Of a stretch of 64,000 nt of DNA, positions 47,194 through 59,509 are shown in pieces (the stretch's first letter is position 1; the number at the start of each line of letters is the position of its first letter). The translations under genes were made by a program, and so were the position numbers. The stretch is from an uncultured Fibrobacteraceae bacterium (lineage in GTDB: Bacteria > Krumholzibacteriota > Krumholzibacteriia > LZORAL124-64-63), in assembly GCA_964389015.1 (NCBI GenBank), contig CAYMCR010000008.1:312-64311 (forward strand), written 5' to 3'. The notes under the pieces were generated by a model. That model had not been told where the DNA came from. It saw nothing but the letters and a program-made list of their open reading frames with translations, and did no database searches.

Positions 47194-48635
47194 GCCTTCC
47201 CCTCCCCGGCGGCGCGCGCACGGCTCAGGGCCAGGGCCACGGCTTCGTCGACGGTGGCGGCCACGACCACGGCCAGGCCCTGCTCGGTCTTGCGGTTGCG
47301 CTTGGCGCGCGCGACCACCGCCCGCTTGAACCCGTGCCGCTTCGCCTCGCGCAGACGACCGGGACGATCGCCGACGCCGCGCACGTCCCCGGTCAGGCCG
47401 ACCTCGCCGAGCACCAGGGTGTCGACCGGCACCGGGATCTCGCGCAGCGAGGAGGCCAGGGCGGTGATGATGGCCAGGTCCGCGCCGGGATCCTCCAGAC
47501 GCGCGCCGCCGGCCACCTTGACGAAGATGTCGCAGCCGGCCAGGTCCAGTCCCGCGCGCTTCTCGAGGATGGCCGCCAGCAGCGCCACGCGCTTGCTGTC
47601 CACGCCCTGGACCACCCGCTGGGGCGTGCCGTAACGCGAGGGCGACACGAGGGCCTGCACCTCCACCAGGAAGGTGCGCGACCCGTTGCGCACGGCGCAC
47701 ACGGCCGAGCCCGGCTCCTTGCCGCGGCGACCGCTCAAAAAGAGGGCCCCCGCCTCATCCACCGGTACCAGGCCATCGCTCCGCATCTCCAGGATGGCCA
47801 GTTCTCCGGTGGCGCCGAAGCGGTTCTTCACCGCGCGCACCATGCGCACGGCGCCGCCGTCGCTGCCCTCGAAGTAGAGCACCGTATCGACCATGTGCTC
47901 GAGCAGCTTGGGCCCGGCCAGGTCGCCGCTCTTGGTGACGTGTCCGACCAGAAACACGGGACGGCCTGAAGTGCGCGCGTAATCGGCAAGCACGCCGCCG
48001 CAGTAGCGGATCTGGCTGACGCTGCCGGGGAAGGCGTCGATCTCGCTGCTGTGCAGGGTCTGGATGGAATCCGCGATGATCACGCACGGGCCTTCGTGAG
48101 CCGCGCGATCGTCATAGAGGGCGGCCAGCAATTTCTCCAGGTCGACTTCGTTCAGGATGTGAAAGCCCTCGGTCGTCTTGGGGTCGAAGCCGAGCCGCTC
48201 GGCGCGCATGCGAATCTGCGCAGGCGATTCCTCCCCGGCCACGTAGAGCACGCGCACACCCTGCCCCATCCAGCTCAGCGCCAGACCGGTCAGCAGGGTG
48301 GACTTGCCCACGCCGGGCTCGCCGCCGAGCAGGACCACCGAGCCGGTCACCAGTCCGCCGCCGAGGACGCGGGCGATCTCCGCCGGTTCCACCGCCAGAC
48401 GCTCCTGGTTCGCCGAGGTGACTTCGGCCAGGGAAAGGGGACGCAGCAGGTCGCCGCCGCCGGACGACACCGGACGCGCGCGGCCGAAACCGGCGCCGCG
48501 GCCTTTGCCTTCGGCCTTGCCGAGCTTGAACTCGGTCAGGGAATTCCACTCCCCGCACTGGGGGCAGCGTCCTAGCCAGCGGACTTCCTCGTGCCCGCAA
48601 TTGCCGCAGACGTAGCGTGTAACTGTCTTGGCCAT
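47190..48635 (-). CDS. radA: DNA repair protein RadA/Sms
   Basis: Start at [31 protein letters not shown] (Zn finger) after GGAAGG. Walker [15 protein letters not shown] motif, and a Lon-like C-terminal domain. Confidence 0.92.
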   Translation of the reverse strand: MAKTVTRYVCGNCGHEEVRWLGRCPQCGEWNSLTEFKLGKAEGKGRGAGFGRARPVSSGGGDLLRPLSLAEVTSANQERLAVEPAEIARVLGGGLVTGSVVLLGGEPGVGKSTLLTGLALSWMGQGVRVLYVAGEESPAQIRMRAERLGFDPKTTEGFHILNEVDLEKLLAALYDDRAAHEGPCVIIADSIQTLHSSEIDAFPGSVSQIRYCGGVLADYARTSGRPVFLVGHVTKSGDLAGPKLLEHMVDTVLYFEGSDGGAVRMVRAVKNRFGATGELAILEMRSDGLVPVDEAGALFLSGRRGKEPGSAVCAVRNGSRTFLVEVQALVSPSRYGTPQRVVQGVDSKRVALLAAILEKRAGLDLAGCDIFVKVAGGARLEDPGADLAIITALASSLREIPVPVDTLVLGEVGLTGDVRGVGDRPGRLREAKRHGFKRAVVARAKRNRKTEQGLAVVVAATVDEAVALALSRARAAGEGKA

Positions 48636-48754
48636 GGATCGCCTTCCGGTTGGAACCCGTGGAGGATAGCGGTAATTCGGCGGGAGGTCAAAGGGGGTGC
48701 GGTCCGGAGAGCAAGAATCGCGCACGGGGATTGCATCCGCTGCGACCCGGTGGC

Positions 48755-48785
48755 TTGACGAAGGGGTATAACTTGAGTTATACTG
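48755..48785 (+). promoter_or_regulatory. mazEF promoter with overlapping operator palindrome GTATAAC-ttga-GTTATAC
   Basis: -35 TTGACG (48755-60), a 17-19-nt spacer, and -10 TATACT. A perfect 7+7 palindrome at 48766-48783 overlaps the -10. ATG at 48791 implies a near-leaderless transcript. Confidence 0.5.
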
Positions 48786-48790
48786 ACAGC

Positions 48791-49033
48791 ATGAAGACAG
48801 CCATCTCCCTACCGGATCACCTTTTCGAGGACGCCGAGCAGTTGGCCCGGCACCTCGGGATCAGCCGCAGCGAGCTCTATCAGCGCGCCGTGGCCGCGTA
48901 TCTCGAGCGGGAGGGGCAACAGGCGATTACGGATGCGCTCAACGCCGTCTACGGGGATGACCCGGAGTCCAGTCGGCTCGACCCGGCATGGGCCGCCGCT
49001 CAGAGCGCTTCACTGGAGCATGAGGAGTGGTGA
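48791..49033 (+). CDS. mazE: type II antitoxin, ribbon-helix-helix (MazE/CopG-like)
   Basis: 80 aa. MKTAISLPDHLFEDAEQLARHLGISRSELYQRAVAAYL has the RHH pattern. Overlaps the toxin gene. Confidence 0.75.
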   Translation: MKTAISLPDHLFEDAEQLARHLGISRSELYQRAVAAYLEREGQQAITDALNAVYGDDPESSRLDPAWAAAQSASLEHEEW

Positions 49034-49377
49034 TCGGACGCGGTGACGTGTGGTGGGCGAACTTACCTCCACCCAGCGGTTCGGGTCCCGGTTTCCGCCG
49101 TCCCGCCGTCGTGGTTTCCGCGAACTCCTTTAATCGCAGCGGGATCGGCACGATCATCTTGGTCATTCTGACGACGAACATGTCACGAGCGGACGCACCA
49201 GGGAATGTACGCTTGAACCGTCGGGATACCGGCCTGACACGCAACTCGGTAGCGAACGTGACCCAACTCGTGACCCTCGACAAACACAGGTTGATCGAAA
49301 AGGTCAAACGCCTCCCCCACCCCACCATGGCCAAGCTCGACTCCGGCCTACGCCAGGCCCTCTCTCTGAAGTGTTGA
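49027..49377 (+). CDS. mazF: type II toxin, MazF/PemK-family endoribonuclease
   Basis: 116 aa. RGDVWWANL ... RPAVVVS ... is the classic PemK/MazF N-terminal strand pair. Confidence 0.8.
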   Translation: MVIGRGDVWWANLPPPSGSGPGFRRPAVVVSANSFNRSGIGTIILVILTTNMSRADAPGNVRLNRRDTGLTRNSVANVTQLVTLDKHRLIEKVKRLPHPTMAKLDSGLRQALSLKC

Positions 49378-49386
49378 AAGGGCGAC

Positions 49387-49458
49387 CCGGATGAGAAGAC
49401 ACCCTCTGACCGGATGCGTGGCGCGTCGTATCCGGTCAGAGGGTGTCTTCTCATCCGG
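49387..49458. terminator. 29-bp perfect-stem hairpin (14-nt loop) between convergent mazF and the S8 peptidase gene; bidirectional terminator candidate
   Basis: ccggatgagaagacaccctctgaccggat gcgtggcgcgtcgt atccggtcagagggtgtcttctcatccgg, then cgcgtttt. It produces the mirrored spurious 'MRRHPLTG' ORFs on both strands. Confidence 0.65.
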
Positions 49459-49469
49459 CTCCCGCGTTT

Positions 49470-53261
<3,792 letters not shown>

Positions 53262-53440
53262 TACGGGCCTCCCGAAAGGCAGAATTGAGACTTTCGATTG
53301 TGGCGGGGGTCGACACCCTAGTATAACACGAAAGATCACCCTGGACTTCGGCTCTCCGAACTTACCGCAACGTTGCCCATCCCCTGCTCCTGCGCTACCA
53401 TGCCCTCGGATTCCAGCCTACCCGGCGAAAAGGAGCAATC

Positions 53441-54436
53441 GTGGCCCTGCGCGGTCTCATCAAGTCGATTATCGGCAACGGCCTCATCACACGGCTTGCA
53501 ACCCGCCGCGGTCCCGCGCGTGTGCTCGTGCTCATGTACCACGACCTGCGCGACGACGACGACTTCGGCAACTGGCTGCGCGTGCGCACCTCGGATTTCG
53601 ACGCCCAGCTCGCCTGGCTCGGGCGGGTCGGCCGCTTCGTCGCGCCCGACGCCTTGGCCGACCCGGACAGCCTCGATCCCGGTCGCCTGAACGTCCTGCT
53701 GACCTTCGACGACGGCTACGTCAACAACCACCGCCTGGCGCTGCCCCTGCTGGCGAAACACCGGGCGCCGGCGCTCTTCTTCGTCTCCACGCGCCACCTG
53801 CAGGAACAACGGACGTTCTGGCCGGATGTGGTCATCACCCCGATACAGGCCGGCCGTCTCGAGGCGCTGGACCTGCGCGAGTTCGGTCTGGGCGAACACC
53901 GGTTTCGCCCGGTCGATGGGTCCGACCGGTGGGACGACATCCAGAACCTGCTCGTGGCCATCAAGTCCGTGGGCAACGCCGACCAGCCGACGATCGCGGC
54001 GCTGCTGTCACATCTGCGGGACCGGTACGCCGACCTGCTGGACGAGCACCTGCCCCGCTTCCGTCCCCTGAACGCGACCGAAGTGCGCGAGATGGCGGAA
54101 AGCGGCCTATGCACCTTCGGTTCCCACGGCCACGACCACGACATCCTCACCTACCTGGACGACGCAAAGCTGGACTACAACTTGTGCGAATCCCGCCGAT
54201 TACTGGAGGAAGCGGCCGGCGCCCCGGTGCGCGACCTGGCCTATCCCAACGGCGACTTCGACGAGCGCGTCACCGCACACGCCGCCGCCGCGGGCTACGA
54301 GCGCGCCTATACGACGCAACCGGGTCTGGTACGACGAAAAACGCCGTCCCTGCTGCTGCCCCGCCTGGGCGTGGGTGGCTACGAGTCGCTGTCCGTGCTG
54401 CGTTACCTGATCAACCGCCTGTTGCTGGAGGGTTGA
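53441..54436 (+). CDS. polysaccharide deacetylase (CE4 / NodB-homology) family protein
   Basis: GTG start after AAGGAG. LLTFDDGY ... FFVS ... GSHGHDHD motifs. Confidence 0.8.
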   Translation: MALRGLIKSIIGNGLITRLATRRGPARVLVLMYHDLRDDDDFGNWLRVRTSDFDAQLAWLGRVGRFVAPDALADPDSLDPGRLNVLLTFDDGYVNNHRLALPLLAKHRAPALFFVSTRHLQEQRTFWPDVVITPIQAGRLEALDLREFGLGEHRFRPVDGSDRWDDIQNLLVAIKSVGNADQPTIAALLSHLRDRYADLLDEHLPRFRPLNATEVREMAESGLCTFGSHGHDHDILTYLDDAKLDYNLCESRRLLEEAAGAPVRDLAYPNGDFDERVTAHAAAAGYERAYTTQPGLVRRKTPSLLLPRLGVGGYESLSVLRYLINRLLLEG

Positions 54437-54440
54437 GGAC

Positions 54441-55436
54441 TTGGAGATCGTCCGCGCACATGCCGACGAGTTCGACGCCATCGTCGATCTGTTCCGTGCC
54501 TACGACTTCGCCCTGAAGGAACGTGCCTGGTTCGACTGGAAACACCTCGAGAACCCCTTTGGCGAGCCGCACCTCTACAAGTTGATCGAGAACGGCGAAC
54601 TGGACGGCACCGTCGGCCTGCTGGCCCAGCCCTTCCACTACGGCGAGCGCGAGCTGACCGCGGTGCAGGCGGTCGACGGCCTGATGGGCCGCTCCATTCG
54701 TGGCAAGGGGTTGTTCAACGACGTGATGGCTTTCGCCGTCGACACACCGCCCGACGGCGTCGCGGGTCCGCGCTTCGGCACCGGCTTCGCCTCGCTGCCC
54801 GGCTCCGTGAAGGCCCTGGAGAACGCGGGCTGGCTGAAGCTGGCGAGGTTCCGCGTGCGCAAGGCCCTGCTGTCGGCGCGCGCCCTGCGCAACCTGTCCG
54901 GCGGCGCGCTGCTGTCGCGCCTGCTGGCCCCGTTCTGGGGCCTGGTGCGCGCGCAATACTTCGCCGGCGCAACGACGGATCTGGCGGTAATCGAGGTAAC
55001 GCGCTTCGACGAGGACCTCGACCGCTTCCAGCCCGCCGAACGCGTGGTCGGCGGACGCAGCACCGCCTTCATGAACTGGCGCGTCTTCGACAACCCACGC
55101 GACGAGATGCGCGCCTTCACTTTCCGGCTCGACGATCGCCTCGTGGGCTACGCGATCTGCAAGGTCCACCCCAAGACGTGGGAGGTCGTGGAGTTCCGCA
55201 CCGACCTCCCCGGGCGCGGCGTCGCCGCGGCCTTCCTGAAGCATCTGCACGCTCACCGGCTGGCCGACTCGGTAGATTTCTGGTTGCTGGACGGTTTCTT
55301 GCAGGAGGACCGTCTGCCGCGCGGCCTGCTGGAGCGCGGCACGACTGGCGCCATGTTCGTGCACGGGCTCGAGGCGGCGGGACTGCCCGCCGATCCCGGC
55401 GCGTGGGCGACCAGCTATCTGGACTCGGACTGGTAA
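54441..55436 (+). CDS. FemAB-like / Acetyltransf_6 (GNAT-fold) acyltransferase
   Basis: 331 aa. TTG start after GGAGGG. Size and bipartite GNAT-like layout as in BioF2-like/FemAB-related proteins that pair with CE4 deacetylases. Confidence 0.55.
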   Translation: MEIVRAHADEFDAIVDLFRAYDFALKERAWFDWKHLENPFGEPHLYKLIENGELDGTVGLLAQPFHYGERELTAVQAVDGLMGRSIRGKGLFNDVMAFAVDTPPDGVAGPRFGTGFASLPGSVKALENAGWLKLARFRVRKALLSARALRNLSGGALLSRLLAPFWGLVRAQYFAGATTDLAVIEVTRFDEDLDRFQPAERVVGGRSTAFMNWRVFDNPRDEMRAFTFRLDDRLVGYAICKVHPKTWEVVEFRTDLPGRGVAAAFLKHLHAHRLADSVDFWLLDGFLQEDRLPRGLLERGTTGAMFVHGLEAAGLPADPGAWATSYLDSDW

Positions 55437-55447
55437 GGAGAAACGAC

Positions 55448-56377
55448 ATGAGCGACAAACCGGTCATCGGCCTGGCCCTGGGCAGCGGCGGCGCGCGCGG
55501 CACGGCCCACGCCGGGGTCCTGGCTGCCCTGGAGGAAGCGGACCTGTGCCCCGACGTCATCGCCGGCACCAGCATGGGCGCCATCGTCGGCGGTCTCTAC
55601 GCCGAAACACAGGACGCCGCCCTCACCTGGCGGCGTCTGGAGAGACTGGCTCAGGACCCCGAGTTCCTGGACACCTGGACCCACTTCATCGGCAAGGGCA
55701 GCGGCGAGGAGGCGCAGCTCGGTCTCATCCAGGACCTCTTCGACACCGTGGCGCGCAAGTTCATGGCCTTCAAGACGATGACGCGTCCCTCCCTGACCGA
55801 CGCCGACAAGCTGCGCAATCCCCTGTTGCACATGTTCACCGCGCGCGATTTCTCGGAGCTGCGCATCACCTTCGCCGCCATCGCCGTGGACCTGATCTCG
55901 GGCGACAAGATACTCTTCGACAAGGGCGACCTCATCGACGGTATCTACGCCAGCTCGGCGATCCCCGGCGTCTTCCCGCCCGTCCAGCGCAACGGCCAGT
56001 TCGTGGTCGACGGCGGCGTGCTCTACCGCGTGCCCATCAACACCTGCCGCAAACTGGGCGCCGACCTCGTGATCGCCGTGGACCTGCCCGCCTTCGAGTC
56101 AAGCAAGCCGGAGTACAAGACGGGCCTGGAGATCATGATGCGCGCCGATACCCTGGCCAAGCTGCGGCTGAACGACTTCGTGCTCCAGACGGCCGATCTG
56201 GTGATCAGCCCCGAAGTGTCCGCCTACCACTGGGCCGACTTCCGCTGTGCACGGGAATGCTGTGACCGCGGCTACGAAGCGGCCAAGGCGATGATCCCCT
56301 CCATCCGGGAGGCCGTGGACAGCCGTCGCGGCTGGCGCGCGCGCCTGCGCAAACTCTTCGGGCGCGACGCGGCCTGA
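55448..56377 (+). CDS. patatin-like phospholipase (RssA-like)
   Basis: Start at MSDKPVIGLALGSGGARG after TAAGGAG. GTSMGAIVG (GxSxG nucleophile) and DGG motif. Confidence 0.85.
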   Translation: MSDKPVIGLALGSGGARGTAHAGVLAALEEADLCPDVIAGTSMGAIVGGLYAETQDAALTWRRLERLAQDPEFLDTWTHFIGKGSGEEAQLGLIQDLFDTVARKFMAFKTMTRPSLTDADKLRNPLLHMFTARDFSELRITFAAIAVDLISGDKILFDKGDLIDGIYASSAIPGVFPPVQRNGQFVVDGGVLYRVPINTCRKLGADLVIAVDLPAFESSKPEYKTGLEIMMRADTLAKLRLNDFVLQTADLVISPEVSAYHWADFRCARECCDRGYEAAKAMIPSIREAVDSRRGWRARLRKLFGRDAA

Positions 56378-56405
56378 CCTCTATCCCGGCCGTCTCCTGG
56401 TGACA

Positions 56406-58625
56406 TCAGCGCGCCAGCGTCAGCTTGCGCGTAGCCACCGACTCGCCACAACGCACCTGCGCGAAGTAGACGCCCGACGGCGCGGGCGAGCCGGCGTCCG
56501 TCGCGCCGTCCCAGTGCGCCGTGTGTCCGCCGGCGCCGCGGGTCTCGTCGAGCAGTGTGGCGACCAGACGGCCGCGAGCGTCCAGCACGCGCACCTGCAC
56601 AAGTCCCGGCACGGCCATGGCGAAGGAGATCTCGAGGCTGGGGTTGGCGGGATTGGGCCGGACCGCGTCCACGCGCAGGGCGGCGGCCGGCAACGCGGCG
56701 AGTTCACGGCCGGCCAGCAGGAACAGGGTGCCGTCTTCGCGGCGTCCGTGCAGACGATACGTCAGCTCCCGTCCGCCGCGGGCGGCGGAGGAACGATCCC
56801 ACGCGCGGAACCGGTAGGCATCGAGGGCCTCGACCGTCAGGTTCCAGCCCGTAGCGCCTGTCGCGGCGGTCAGGACGAAGTCGCTCGCCGCCGCGGGCGC
56901 GGACGTTTCCCAGCCCAGCGTCACGCCGCCGTGGTCGCGTGTCGCGTTCAGCCGGACCAGTTCCAGCGGCACGACGACATCGAACGCCATTTCCGACGGC
57001 GAGATCGACCCGTCGCCGTCACCCGCCGGGGCCTGCCGCATCAGGACGCCGCCGGCCCACGTCTCGTAAGCCGCCGCGGCCAACCAGAGATCGTGCGTCG
57101 AACGGCCGACCAGCAATTCATCCAGATCCAGCACGCCTTCGAGCACCTCGCCGTTGGCGCGGCGGAAGGCGGCGCCGTCCTGCACATCCTCGATCGCGTC
57201 GAACCATCCCGACCAGTTGTTGTCGACCTCGGCCGCCAGGTACCAGGACCACGTGACCACCTGCCCGGACTTGGTCCACGGCGCGGTCCGCATCGACAGC
57301 GTGTCGGTCGCGACGAGGGCGAAGAGGTCCTGTGTACGCGGGGTCGCCAGGTCCTGCACGGCGAGATAGAGCAGCGGACCCGAGACAGCGCTCCACAGGC
57401 TCAGCTCTTCGCTGGATGCCAGCTGGACGGCTCCCGGATCTAGCAGTCCGTCCATCACGAAAGCGGGAGCTGAGCCGAAGAGCGGCACGATCCAGTCGGC
57501 GCCGCCGTTGTTGTCCCACGTGTCGGCGCCGTCCGTGAAGACGAACTCCAGGGAGACGGCCCAGTCGGGCGTCGTGACGATGACCTCCCAGAGGTTCCCG
57601 CCCAGGGAGGTCATGGGCGTATCGGTAACACTCTGCCAGTCGTCGTGCCCCCAGTGGATAAGCATACTCCCGGCGCCGGCAAGGGGCCGTCCGGTCACGT
57701 CGTAGGTGATCGTGACCGGTTCGCCGGGGACGATCTCGGCCGGCGACCACGTGACGCTGGGCGTCCAGCCGGGGTCGTAGCTACAGGCGAGCGAATAATC
57801 CGCGAAGTCGCAGCCGCTGTCGTAGGCGACCCGACAGTAACCGTCCTCCCCCCAGTCGGTGCCCCAGCTGTTCTTGGCGATCCAGCACTGTTGGGCGTCG
57901 TCGTAGCCCACGATCAGGACGGTGTGTCCCTCGCCGATGTCGGGACTGCCGTAGGCGTCGTACACGCCGCCCGTATAGCCGAGGAAGTTATCGTGGATCA
58001 CCATGCCGACGGAGACCGGTCCGTACTGCAGGGCGGTCTTGATCGCCGTGGGATCTGCGTCGCCGGCGGTGACGAACCACCACTGGTCGACCTTCTCCAA
58101 CAGGTCGAACGTGGCGTGGCAGCTCTCGCGACAGGGGATCGCGTCGTCGCCCAGGTACGTGAAGCACGCTTCGGTCGGTGTCCCGGCCAGGCGCAGGAAC
58201 TCGAAGGCGCCCTCGAGCCAGCCGCCGGTACAGTTCCCGGCCATCACGTTGCAGGAGAGGATGTACTGCTCGGACAGGTCCAGGTCCGAGTCTGGCTCGT
58301 CGCGGCCGATCAGCACCATGGACTCGAAGGCCGCCAGCGCGGAGAAGGCCCAGCAGGAACCGCAGATGCCTTGCCAGCGCACGCCGGTGACGAACGAGCC
58401 GCCGGGGGTGTCGCGCCAGTCGAGGGCGGACGGCAACTGGGCGGCGGGAGCGTAGGCGTGAACCTCGATATCGCCCTCGGGCAGGCGCAGGTCGCCGAAC
58501 AGCACGGCGCGCTCCTGCGGGGAAAGACGGGTGATAGCAGTCTCGCCCACGGTATAGTCTCCGGCCGGGGCGCTCAGCGGTACGATGATCGCGATGGCGA
58601 GCAGGGGCAGCATGAAGCGGCACAT
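56406..58625 (-). CDS. papain-like C1 cysteine peptidase with C-terminal Ig/FN3-like domains and T9SS/Por sorting domain
   Basis: Start at MCRFMLPLLAIAIIVPLSAPA. QGICGSCWAFSA (catalytic Cys) and the H/N region ..GHTVLIVGYDD..NSWG. Tail SGVYFAQVRCGESVATRKLTLAR. Confidence 0.85.
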   Translation of the reverse strand: MCRFMLPLLAIAIIVPLSAPAGDYTVGETAITRLSPQERAVLFGDLRLPEGDIEVHAYAPAAQLPSALDWRDTPGGSFVTGVRWQGICGSCWAFSALAAFESMVLIGRDEPDSDLDLSEQYILSCNVMAGNCTGGWLEGAFEFLRLAGTPTEACFTYLGDDAIPCRESCHATFDLLEKVDQWWFVTAGDADPTAIKTALQYGPVSVGMVIHDNFLGYTGGVYDAYGSPDIGEGHTVLIVGYDDAQQCWIAKNSWGTDWGEDGYCRVAYDSGCDFADYSLACSYDPGWTPSVTWSPAEIVPGEPVTITYDVTGRPLAGAGSMLIHWGHDDWQSVTDTPMTSLGGNLWEVIVTTPDWAVSLEFVFTDGADTWDNNGGADWIVPLFGSAPAFVMDGLLDPGAVQLASSEELSLWSAVSGPLLYLAVQDLATPRTQDLFALVATDTLSMRTAPWTKSGQVVTWSWYLAAEVDNNWSGWFDAIEDVQDGAAFRRANGEVLEGVLDLDELLVGRSTHDLWLAAAAYETWAGGVLMRQAPAGDGDGSISPSEMAFDVVVPLELVRLNATRDHGGVTLGWETSAPAAASDFVLTAATGATGWNLTVEALDAYRFRAWDRSSAARGGRELTYRLHGRREDGTLFLLAGRELAALPAAALRVDAVRPNPANPSLEISFAMAVPGLVQVRVLDARGRLVATLLDETRGAGGHTAHWDGATDAGSPAPSGVYFAQVRCGESVATRKLTLAR

Positions 58626-58816
58626 GATCTCTCCTATCGATAACTCCGGTAAGGATGGGACGGGGATCATACCAGCCGTGTCAGAGTCTGACAATCGCCT
58701 CCCCTGTCAGCTGTTCGGGATAGGCACCTTCTTGAGGTAGGGAATTCCCTTGTTGTCCGTCCACGTTCGCCATACCTTGCCGGACAGACCTCAACACCAA
58801 GAGGGATACGAGAAAG

Positions 58817-59485
58817 ATGCCGCCTGAACTCGATACTTTCGACTGCACGGTCACCCTGCCGGACTGGAGACTTCATCTCGCCTCATTGACCGTGGCCCGA
58901 AATCGAGATCTCGGCAACGTGCTGGACATGGCCACACAAGGCGCAATGTCCGAGATGAAGCGCAGCTTCCCCGACAACCGGCTGAATGCTCACACCACGA
59001 TATCCGCCCTCCGCAGCCGGCTTCCGGAACTCGGCATCGACCCCGACGCGACCCCGCTCTGTTCCGAACTGATGCTCCGCGACATAACCGCCGCGGGAGG
59101 CATCCACCGCGGCTGTCTGGCCTGGGAATTCCTATCCATGCTCACCATCAGGTCCGCTGCGCCCTGGGCGGCGATGGATCGTCGCTCGCTGCAGACGCCG
59201 CTCGTCTTCAGGCTGGGCGAAACCGGTGAGACGCTGCCCCTGGGCGATGGAAGTCTCGACTGTGCGGGATTACCCGTGCTGGCCGATCAAACAGGTGTGC
59301 AGGCATCCCCCTGGACCCTCGGCACACCGGAGGCGCTGCAGGACCTCGACGAAGTGGTCTTTCTGTGCTTCCTGCCCGCCGACCTGTTCAGATCCGTGAA
59401 TCCCCGCGACCACCTCGGCCGCGTCATGTGGTTGACATGGGCTTACCGTTTCGTCTTCGAACGGTCGTGTCGTTTCAGGGGATAG
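58817..59485 (+). CDS. hypothetical protein (possibly B3/4-domain-like)
   Basis: 222 aa coding-like ORF. The family guess is weak. Confidence 0.35.
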   Translation: MPPELDTFDCTVTLPDWRLHLASLTVARNRDLGNVLDMATQGAMSEMKRSFPDNRLNAHTTISALRSRLPELGIDPDATPLCSELMLRDITAAGGIHRGCLAWEFLSMLTIRSAAPWAAMDRRSLQTPLVFRLGETGETLPLGDGSLDCAGLPVLADQTGVQASPWTLGTPEALQDLDEVVFLCFLPADLFRSVNPRDHLGRVMWLTWAYRFVFERSCRFRG

Positions 59486-59509
59486 ACCGGCTGACGCAGC
59501 CGCCGTCGC

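Noticed and set aside
46474-47700. 408-aa ORF suggesting a long N-terminal extension on IspD (likewise 553-aa ORF 36272..37933 on the MBL hydrolase, 435-aa ORF 6859..8166 on GT4, 382-aa ORF 16709..17857)
   Set aside because: The extensions overlap neighbouring genes in another frame and are low-complexity (RRRG...). Conserved family N-termini with ATG start codons (preceded by RBS-like motifs where these were checked) occur internally. The shorter models were adopted.
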